Assembly (NCBI GenBank): GCA_964549615.1
Contig: CAZJVP010000088.1
Span: forward strand, 1 to 64,000
Reading direction: 5' to 3'
DNA length: 64,000 nt
Source: an uncultured Thermococci archaeon
GTDB taxonomy: Archaea; CAYQAE01; CAYVLA01
Positions 20,107 through 27,943 of the stretch are shown piece by piece. Under the pieces are notes generated by a model. The model worked only from the letters and a program-made list of their open reading frames with translations, had not been told where the DNA came from and did not search any database. A program made the position numbers and the translations under genes. Within the stretch, counting starts at the first letter, position 1; each line of letters begins with the position of its first letter.

Positions 20107-21023
20107 TCACACGTACAGTCCAAACCACGCCTTGGCAAGCCGGATGAACGGCATCGTGTAAGCGTGACCTTGTTCGGCGAGATATGTGTAGGATCGCGTG
20201 CCGGGAAGGCACTTGAAAAGCGAGGCGATCGAGGAAGCTGGGCAGGCCGAATCCCGGCCCCCCGCGGTCAGAAGGGTGGGCATGTGCAGCCTGTGTGCAT
20301 GCGACGGGACATCCACGAAGTCCAGCGCACGCCACTCGTCCCGATCCCCGCCGGGGACGCCATGGCGCTGAAGGCCGTCTCATAAGCTCCGCGGTTCTTC
20401 TGCTTGTACATGAGCGGGAAGTTGATCAGGTACAGGACATCAGCTGCGACGGCTTTGACCCCTCGACCGGCGAAGATGCTGCCCAATAGAGGCGGTGTTC
20501 CGCCTCCCTGGCTTGACCCGAAGAAGCCGTAGCGCGAAGGCTCCACCTGCTTTTGGGACAGTGCCCAGATCACCGCTGAAGCAGCGTCCCTGAGCCAATC
20601 CACATAACCCTGCCTTCCGCGTCTTTTCACCGTGTCCGGCAGCACCGGCCATGGGCGGCCCACCTGGCTTGGGCCTTGGGGGGTACCGTATCCCAGGGGG
20701 GTTATGTGAAGCACGTTGAAGCCCGCCTCCACCAACTCCGGGTGCGCGCTCATCTCTGCGCCGTATCCGGGCAGGTGGAACAGCACCGGCGCAGGCCCCG
20801 TGCTTGCTGGTTGCCAGTAGCCATAGAACGTCGCCCGCCCCGGCGCCTCGAAGGCGACGTAGTGATTTCCCTCGGTGTGGCGTACCCCCAGCTGGAAGGC
20901 GTACGACGGAGCATCGAGATGCTTCACGGTTAACGGTTCCTCCTGGGATCTTGCGAGTATGCGCTCGCACCAATCATCGATCTGCCTGCGCGTTGGGTAG
21001 TTGGGATGCATCATCCAAATCAT
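20107..21023 (-). pseudogene. Frameshifted acetyl xylan esterase/cephalosporin deacetylase-like alpha/beta hydrolase
   Basis: One frame carries HLPGYG and GSSQGGG (Ser). The Asp (GGRDSAC) and His (QGHAY) motifs are in another frame (20107..20316). The switch lies near 20345-20360. Confidence 0.78.
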
Positions 21024-21495
21024 CGCCGGTGCGTCTGCCTCGCCAACGGTCTTCCGATAGCGTTGGGGAGGTATCTCTTTTCGGCAATTGTGCAACTGGG
21101 AAGATGTTCCTTGCGCCAATAAGGCAGACCAGACCTGCCTAGCGTTTCGCCCCCGCGGCAACACCCTGGTCTGGCCCTCCGCACAGCCACAAGGGGCGCG
21201 CCGCTTTGCATGCCGACGATCCATCCGCCATGCCGGGCCCCGGCCAGATAGATAGGCCGAGGGGTGGCATTCCCAAGAAGCGCACCCACCCTCCAACGCA
21301 GCTTTCCGAGGAACCGCTACCGATCCCGATGTCCAGCGTCGAGAATCTCGACAAGCTTCAGCCCCATATGGTCTACCCTTGACCGAGCGTCCCAACCGTT
21401 GCAAAGCCCGACCGCCTTGCCCCGGAGGAGTTGACGGGAACTGACGCGGGTTGACACAGGGCGCTGTCCACACTAGCCGTCTCCAGCCAAGCGGC

Positions 21496-22845
21496 CTATG
21501 CTTGGAACCTTGTGGTGAGGACCTCCCTGTACAGCTTGCGGCGTATCATCAGTGCCCACACTACGACCCCGACGATTATCGAGGTACCGGCAACCGTGCA
21601 CCACTCGATGATGTAGATCCAGAGGAGGGCCCTGTCCTTGGCCTTGACCGCGTCCTGCATGACTTGCTCGAGGGAGGCCAGCGCCTCGTTCATCCTGGGC
21701 AGGCAGGCCGCGAAGTCCTCGTTCACCCAGAGCCGGTCAACCTCCTGCCTGATCCGGTCCGTCTCCGCCAACTTGACGTTGAGCGAGTGCGTGTTGGCGC
21801 CGAAGGTGTCGGCGAACTCGATTATGGAGAAAACCATCCCTTTCTCCAGCGCGTACTGGCCTATCTTCTCCCTGAGCGTGTGGGTCAGCGAAAGGTCCGC
21901 CGGTATGGTCGCCCTCGCGATGTAGTAGACGAGGCGGGCCATGAAGTCCTTCCAGTACTCCCACCAGTAAAGCCCGATCAGCCCGTTTCCGCCCCAGTCC
22001 CAAACGAAGGCCAATGTACGCCCGCTCCCTATGTCCCAGTATACAAGGACGGGGTCGTTCTTGCGGTCCGTCGCCACGGTCTCGTCCGTGGTCACGGCTA
22101 GGACGGTGGCCCCGGACTTTGGCTGAGGCCGGTTGTGGGACCATATGAGGGGCATGTTATCCCACCGGATGCCGTCGGTTATGGGGTTCTCCTTGACGGG
22201 AAGTATCCTGAAGTGATGGTCCCGGTATGACACGTGTTCAGTCTGGTATACCGGGAGCACGGACCCTACCGGGGTGTCGTCCCAGGGAGGAGGATTGCGG
22301 CTGGTCCAGGCGGTGGCGCAAGCTCCGAAGGACACCTGATCGTCGGACATCAGAAGCCCGAACCCATGCTCCTCAACCGCCCTCTTCGCCCAGACCTGAA
22401 ACTCGGTTCTGAGGTCGTCCGCAAAGATCGCCGTTATTATGAGGGCGTCATAGTTCTCAAGGAGGTTGGACTCGCTCCTGGGCAGATATATCCGCATGAA
22501 CCTCTGCATGTTGGCGGCGTAGAGGGCCGGGTTGCGGGAGAATATCTCCGCCTCGATCCTTGTCAGATGGATCTTGGGGTCCTCCAGAAATGCCGTCGTC
22601 GGGAAGCCCGGCTCCAAGAAAGGGTCCCCGATGAACAGCGTCCTTATCCTCCCGGTCTCAGGATCGACCCTCGGCCCCGAGGCCGCGAGCCCGACCTGCA
22701 GGGAGGCCGCAACCAGTGCCAGAACGAGTCCCGCCAGGCGCAAACTACAGCCCCTAGTCAGGTCGATTCTTTCGCTGATAACTCTTGCGCGCTTTCCTGC
22801 TTGACCTCGATTCCAAGGCTGAGGCAACACCGATCGCCCGAACAT
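21496..22845 (-). CDS. Family A secreted GATase-like/coiled-coil/TM protein (copy 5)
   Basis: RIYLPRS, WDDTPVGSVLPV, GSGRTLAF, ADTFGAN, KDRALLWIYIIEW and RRKLYREV motifs. Confidence 0.83.
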   Translation of the reverse strand: MFGRSVLPQPWNRGQAGKRARVISERIDLTRGCSLRLAGLVLALVAASLQVGLAASGPRVDPETGRIRTLFIGDPFLEPGFPTTAFLEDPKIHLTRIEAEIFSRNPALYAANMQRFMRIYLPRSESNLLENYDALIITAIFADDLRTEFQVWAKRAVEEHGFGLLMSDDQVSFGACATAWTSRNPPPWDDTPVGSVLPVYQTEHVSYRDHHFRILPVKENPITDGIRWDNMPLIWSHNRPQPKSGATVLAVTTDETVATDRKNDPVLVYWDIGSGRTLAFVWDWGGNGLIGLYWWEYWKDFMARLVYYIARATIPADLSLTHTLREKIGQYALEKGMVFSIIEFADTFGANTHSLNVKLAETDRIRQEVDRLWVNEDFAACLPRMNEALASLEQVMQDAVKAKDRALLWIYIIEWCTVAGTSIIVGVVVWALMIRRKLYREVLTTRFQA

Positions 22846-23005
22846 AATCTGCGCTCAAGAATCGGGGCCCAGAGAACCCAGGGATCTTCCGATCCTCACT
22901 GGGATGCCCTCTTCGGGCGGCCTCGGGGAGCTAGTGGGACTCTGCGCGCTTGATGCGACGGCTGCGACGGCCCATGTTCACCCTCGCGAGGCGGATCTCC
23001 CTTAC

Positions 23006-24928
23006 TTATCCGGTTCGCCTGGTGTGAAATTCGAAGACGACGTATCTGGCCACGGCGGTTCCCGGATTGCGCATCCCATGCGGCTTCCCCGCGGCATAGA
23101 AGATCACGCCGTGCGGGGCCACGCGGCGGCCGATGGTCTCCACCTCCCCCTCCAGAACGACTATGCACACATCGTACTTGTCGGCATGGGGCTCGTACCC
23201 CGCGCCGGGAGCAAGGACTGAGGTGTGGCACTGAAGCCTGTGCAGATATCTCGTCGGACCTTCCAGGACAAGATGCGTGGCGAACCCCGATTCTCCCGCC
23301 CGCTCATCCCTTGAGCCGCACATCCTGAACTCGCCGAACGCCAGTTCGGATTCCTTCTCCTTCGCAGCGCCCCACCACTTGAACATGAGATAGCTCGCCG
23401 GCGCCGCGCCCATGGCCTGGAGCGTGTGCGGGAACTGTGAGGGATAGTATACGAAACGACCCTCTTTGAGCCGCACATCCGGACCTCCCTCCCTCGTTTG
23501 GAGATCCGGCAGGATCAGATCGACTTCGCCGTACAGAAGCAGCAGCAGCTCTTCTTCCTGATGCGCATGCGGCGGGTGGGGACAGCTGCCCGGCATGAGA
23601 ACTGAGGCATGGCAGGAAAGGTCGTACAGCCCCCTGGTGGATCCCCTGAACAATGGATACTGCTTCCAGCCCGAGGCCTCATCGGGCGGAAGTGGGACCC
23701 TCAGAGGATGGGCGCCACTTTCCAGACGGGGACCGGAGATACTACCCCCGCTCCTGATCATCCAGGCAAGGTAGCCCGAGCCGGCCCCTCCCTGCATGGC
23801 CCACACGATACCCCTTGACAGCCGCCTCGCAGCAACGAGCCGCCCGACGACCCAGGAGGTCAGGTCGTACCCCAACACCTTGTTCTCAGACAGCACGACC
23901 ATTCTCCTCGGCACGTGGTCTTCCTTGATCTCGCCCGGACCAAGCCACCGGCCGGTCTCCTTCATCGCCAGGTAAGCCTTGCATCTAGAACACGGGATAT
24001 CCGCCCTGGCGGGGCGCTTCCCCATCAACATCTCCCTTGCGTAGATCATCCTGTCGCTGTTCAGCGACTGCACCAACCCGGTTTCGAAGACGTTGCCGTA
24101 ATCACCCCAGAAGTTCACCGTGCAGCCCAACAACCTTCCATCGTAGTTGATCTGCGGGCTCGTCCACAGCTCTAGACAGCAGCGGCGCAACATGTACTCC
24201 TGCCCGTAGCGCGCCCTGTACTCGCCCCTCGTAGCCGCGCCCAGGCCGGCCTCCCTCCTGACCCGGTCGGCGTCCCTGATCGGCGAGAAGGGCTCGGTGT
24301 ACAGATCCTCCCAGGAGAGCTTCGGGCGGAAGTGCATGTTCAGATCCGCCGCCATCTCGCGCGCCTTGCCGATCTCATGTTCGTTATGCCCAAAGATGAC
24401 GAACTGCCAGGAAAGCTCTGGAAAGCGCGAGTGATATCGGGCCTTGAAGGCGTTGATCTTCTTTACGTTCTCGATCACCCTGCCGAAATCGCCGCCCACC
24501 CGGTAGAGCCCGTAGGTCTCCTGGCTTGCCCCATCGATGGACACGGTAACCCTCCTCACCTTGTACCTGACCAGGCCCTCCAGAACATCGTCGCCAACAT
24601 CATTGAGGTTTACGCCGTTGCTCGCCTGCAGCGCGACGTTCCGCTTGTATGCGTACTCCATCATCCTGAGAAGCTCCCTGTTGAGGAAGATCTCCCCCCA
24701 GTTGGACAGCTCGATCCTAGATATGCGGGGATTCTCGTCGACGATGCGCCTGAAATCCGATAATGCAAGGAACCCGGCGCCCAGAGCTTCCCGTATCAGG
24801 CCGGTTCCCGTCGGGCACGCCGGGCACTTGAGCTGACAGACGGTGGACGCCTCCAGGCGTATGCTGCGCGGATCGACTTTGACATCCTCACCGAGGGGTT
24901 TTCCGGACAATGAGGCTTCACCACTCAA
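23006..24928 (-). CDS. Radical SAM protein with SPASM/twitch-like domain fused to two cupin domains
   Basis: CQLKCPAC motif, SIDGA; auxiliary C...GC...GNV...CSRC; cupins PHPPHAHQEEE...PHTL and EPHADKYD...PHGMRN. Confidence 0.85.
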   Translation of the reverse strand: MSGEASLSGKPLGEDVKVDPRSIRLEASTVCQLKCPACPTGTGLIREALGAGFLALSDFRRIVDENPRISRIELSNWGEIFLNRELLRMMEYAYKRNVALQASNGVNLNDVGDDVLEGLVRYKVRRVTVSIDGASQETYGLYRVGGDFGRVIENVKKINAFKARYHSRFPELSWQFVIFGHNEHEIGKAREMAADLNMHFRPKLSWEDLYTEPFSPIRDADRVRREAGLGAATRGEYRARYGQEYMLRRCCLELWTSPQINYDGRLLGCTVNFWGDYGNVFETGLVQSLNSDRMIYAREMLMGKRPARADIPCSRCKAYLAMKETGRWLGPGEIKEDHVPRRMVVLSENKVLGYDLTSWVVGRLVAARRLSRGIVWAMQGGAGSGYLAWMIRSGGSISGPRLESGAHPLRVPLPPDEASGWKQYPLFRGSTRGLYDLSCHASVLMPGSCPHPPHAHQEEELLLLLYGEVDLILPDLQTREGGPDVRLKEGRFVYYPSQFPHTLQAMGAAPASYLMFKWWGAAKEKESELAFGEFRMCGSRDERAGESGFATHLVLEGPTRYLHRLQCHTSVLAPGAGYEPHADKYDVCIVVLEGEVETIGRRVAPHGVIFYAAGKPHGMRNPGTAVARYVVFEFHTRRTG

Positions 24929-25975
24929 CGCATGCGCGTCGCGCTCACCATCACGAACTTGCTTACTCCAAGCGACCTCAGACGCCTTACCTGGTGAACG
25001 ATTATCGGGACATTTCCAGCAGGCATGGCGGCCTTCGCCTTGGTTTGCCCATTGGGCCAGATCCTCGCACCCCGTCCAGCCGCAAGCATCACGGCCGAAT
25101 CAACCATAGAACATAGTCCCTTATGCGACAGCAGGCCGTGACCTTAAATCTGCATCTGGAGCGGCGCAGCCGTAGTTGCGGGCAGCTCAGCCCATGGCCC
25201 TCTATGCGGCGTGGAGGCTCTCGGCTCCTCCTTAGGATCGACCTTCACATGCGCCCGATCCAAGGATGTGATCTTTGGCCCCCCCCCCGTCCGTGGACCA
25301 GGTTTCCTGCAGGAATCCCGAATCCTTCCGGTCGTTCCGGCGCGGCGATCCCAGCAATCGCGCCTCCCTCCAAGAACGGCAACATGCCCGTGATTTCCGA
25401 CCCAAAGGAGTCATAGGGCAGGATCCTACGTTGGGCCCTCAATGCTGGGCCACCCGAAGCTTCGATATCGGGAACTCAAAGGCCGTGCCAAGCCCTCTAC
25501 CCAGCAACGCTCAGGAAACTGGAGTATGCGCACCCCGCAGATCTCCATCGCCGTCACGCGTCCCTCCTTCGCCGAGCGATGTCGTTCGCTACGGACACGA
25601 TCCCATATTATCGTGAGCTGGCGAAGGGCAGGCAAGGGGGTCTGAACGGCTTGCAAGAGCTCGAGGACTGCACCACTCACTCCAACCCCACCAAGTGGTA
25701 TGAATCATTCGGCTTCATGCGAACATTCCACCTTCGTGCAGAACCGATAACAGCTAGGAAGTTGGCAGGTTGGCGGCCACATGTGCACCAAACGGCAATC
25801 TACTCGGAATCCAAGAAACATCGCTCGAAAGTCCGACTTTCCTAAAGTCCCGTACACCAGTCCCAAAGTTTCGGGATTCAAGGATTCAAGGGAAACCCTT
25901 ATTTTCCCCTCCGAGACAGGTCAACATCGTCGCGGACGGGAAGCCGATTCCGCAACATCGAGTTGAGGGAATGTC

Positions 25976-26080
25976 ATGGTGAAGCGTAGAAAGGGAAGCG
26001 GAAGCAGAAGCGGAAGCGGAAAAGATAAGAGAAAGCTGAACCCGAGGAGCAGACGGCGTCCCGCCAGATGGAAGGGATAG
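25976..26080 (+). CDS. 34-aa highly basic peptide (not in the ORF track)
   Basis: MVKRRKGSGSRSGSGKDKRKLNPRSRRRPARWKG*; GAGGGA upstream; promoter-like GAAACCCTTATTTT at about 25892; GC-rich hairpin downstream. Confidence 0.5.
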   Translation: MVKRRKGSGSRSGSGKDKRKLNPRSRRRPARWKG

Positions 26081-26122
26081 CCGGGGAGATCGGCTCGCCG
26101 GGCTCGCCCGGGTCCCCACTTT

Positions 26123-26524
26123 CTACCACTTCTCTACCCTAAGCCCGGGTATTCTCTCGAAGTGCCGTGGGTTTCCCGTCAGAAGGGGAAGGTTATTCCG
26201 GATGGCGGTGGCTGCCAGATAGACGTCCTGTATGCCGATCTCTTCACCCGACCTTCTCAGCCTTGCAGCCATCTGGGCTGCCAACTTCGCGGCCTCCTGA
26301 TCAAGGGGCAAGACGACGAATGCACTTAGGAAGTCCTCCACATCGCACACCACCTCAGCCAGGCCCTCATCTTCGTACTTGAGGTGGATCCCGAAGAGGA
26401 ATTCAAAAAGCGTCACAGCGCTGAGCGCGTGGGGTCCCGACCTATCCAAAACGGAGGCCTTCTTAGCAACTTCGGGACCTCCTTTGTCGAGATCTATCAG
26501 AACGGAGGTGTCAAGCAGCTTCAT
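26123..26524 (-). CDS. vapC: PIN-domain (VapC) toxin
   Basis: LLDTSVLID, TLFE, DVYLAATA and LLTGNPRHFERI motifs. Confidence 0.93.
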   Translation of the reverse strand: MKLLDTSVLIDLDKGGPEVAKKASVLDRSGPHALSAVTLFEFLFGIHLKYEDEGLAEVVCDVEDFLSAFVVLPLDQEAAKLAAQMAARLRRSGEEIGIQDVYLAATAIRNNLPLLTGNPRHFERIPGLRVEKW

Positions 26525-26741
26525 CTTGCATCTTCTCGGCCGATCGTCTCTGCATCTCTGCCAAGTGTTGCCTGATTGTTCTCCAGTCCTCCCGTGTGAG
26601 GAGTCCTTTACCCATGACGTCCGATATGGCAGGCCTTGCCTGCATGAGTCTTCTTATTAGATCGGTGAAGGACTCGTTCTGCCTCTTTCTTCTCTTGAGG
26701 GCCACGTACACGTCGTCTGCAATGGACACGTTCCTTGCCAC
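26511..26741 (-). CDS. vapB: VapB-type (DUF217-like, RHH) antitoxin
   Basis: NVSIADDVYVALKRRKRQNESFTDLIRRL signature; overlaps vapC. Confidence 0.9.
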   Translation of the reverse strand: MARNVSIADDVYVALKRRKRQNESFTDLIRRLMQARPAISDVMGKGLLTREDWRTIRQHLAEMQRRSAEKMQDEAA

Positions 26742-26754
26742 ATATACATATGTG
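26739..26754. promoter_or_regulatory. Palindromic operator candidate over the vapB start
   Basis: Perfect inverted repeat CACATAT-AC-ATATGTG between the TATA-like TTTTATT and the GTG start. Confidence 0.55.
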
Positions 26755-26921
26755 CACCCATAGAATAAAATGCTTTCCTAGCATCACCGCCGTAGATCGG
26801 CTACGCTCGTGCGGCCCGAGGAGCCCAAGCCCAAGCCCCATATCATCAAACCAAGGCCCCTCGTGCCATGTTGAGATCCGTTCCACCTAGCAGTCCCCTT
26901 CGTGGCTCGCGGGCATGGAAG

Positions 26922-27062
26922 CGCTGGGGAGGGGATTTGAACCCCTGATGCCTTGCGGCAACTGACTAGCCGCTCCAATCCGGATTAGCAGGCCTGCGCT
27001 CCAGATCCATCAGCGCCCTAACCAGATTGCCCGTGGATTGCTCCACCCTAGGCGACCCCAGC
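26922..27062 (-). tRNA. tRNA-Ser(GCT) with three BHB introns (15/16, 29/30, 37/38); CCA not encoded
   Basis: Removing 27027-27047, 26994-27010 and 26968-26985 gives an 85-nt cloverleaf: acceptor GCTGGGG/CCCCAGC, anticodon arm CTGGC-CTGCTAA-GTCAG, variable arm TGCC-GCAA-GGCA, T arm AGGGG-TTCAAAT-CCCCT, discriminator G. Confidence 0.92.
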
Positions 27063-27086
27063 TTGTCTCGCACCTCGCCCGGGGTC

Positions 27087-27101
27087 GAAATAAATCTTTC
27101 C
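27087..27101 (-). promoter_or_regulatory. BRE/TATA promoter of the tRNA-Ser gene
   Basis: GGAAAGATTTATTTC about 25 nt upstream of tRNA G1; nearly identical GGAAAGATTTAAAA lies upstream of endA (59946-59959). Confidence 0.65.
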
Positions 27102-27133
27102 GAGTTGAAGCGTGGGTCGGTCGGATCGGTTCA

Positions 27134-27566
27134 TCACATCTCCGAGGGAAACAACAGCGTGTCCTCGAACCCTTTGGATCGAATGAAAGATCGCAGCTTG
27201 GCGTCGACGCTCAGCAGCTTCAACCCCCAAGCTCCTCGAGCTGGCGTAGAGCAAGTTGTCGATCATATCCTTGTGGCCGGCCGAGTATACCTGAAGAGCA
27301 TGCAGGTAGGCCTCAGACTGCTCCTCGGCAATGAGGTACACGCCCCCCTTCAGGATACTGTTCAGCCCCTGCCCAAACAATCCCAGGTCAAGCCGACCAT
27401 CGGCCGCGAATCTTGCCCCGGTCCAAAGTGCTTCCAGAATCGAGAAGCGAGAGCACCAGATCTCCGCTGGGTTGGCTTTCAGCTTCTCCAGTCCTCGTCT
27501 GACTTCATCGCCGGCGTCTATCCCCATCGAGGGCAAGATGAACGGGGTATCAAGGAGGACTCTCAG
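27134..27566 (-). pseudogene. Frameshifted PIN-domain toxin
   Basis: LRVLLDTPFILP...KDMIDNLLYA; the expected PIN C-terminus LKLLSVDAKLRSFI...FPSEM* is in another frame, switching at a G5 run (about 27224-27228); the apparent start codon is CTG. Confidence 0.78.
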
Positions 27567-27801
27567 TGTGTCTTGTTTGCTCTTCAAGGCTGATTGCCTC
27601 GACTTCATCGGGGTTGATCTTGGCAAACTTCCTTCCCTCCAGAGCCAGTTTCAACGGATCCCTGATGATCTCCATTTTGATGGTGTCGCCATCGACCGTG
27701 AGTTGCACCTTCTCGCCTTCCTCAAGTCCGAGCGCTCTGACTATGTTTCTCGGCAGATAGAGGGCGCTCTTCCTCCCGATTCTCACAGTTTCAGTTACCA
27801 T
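27550..27801 (-). CDS. AbrB/MazE-family antitoxin
   Basis: VRIGRKSALYLPRNIVRALGLEEGEKV signature; CCTGACAGAA direct repeats upstream (27810, 27847). Confidence 0.88.
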   Translation of the reverse strand: MVTETVRIGRKSALYLPRNIVRALGLEEGEKVQLTVDGDTIKMEIIRDPLKLALEGRKFAKINPDEVEAISLEEQTRHTESPP

Positions 27802-27943
27802 GCAACTCACCTGACAGAAGCGGTTAGTTCATTCTCATTAGTTTTTCCTGACAGAAAGCGTCATACCAGAATTTCCACCGTTATTCAGGAGAACGGCTAA
27901 CCCTGAAGACACCGACCGTCAAGGGCCTTCGAGAAACCCAGGA

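Noticed and set aside
25279-25288. C10 homopolymer as a phase-variation tract
   Set aside because: Non-coding and about 350 bp from the nearest gene start; no visible target
25500-25750. Fragments TPQISIAV and NPTKWYESFGF resembling a decayed GNAT acetyltransferase
   Set aside because: Different frames and the acetyl-CoA-binding motif is missing; cannot be supported without a search
16999-27062. Integrated element ending at the tRNA-Ser 3' end
   Set aside because: No integrase, transposase or duplicated tRNA 3' segment seen in the window
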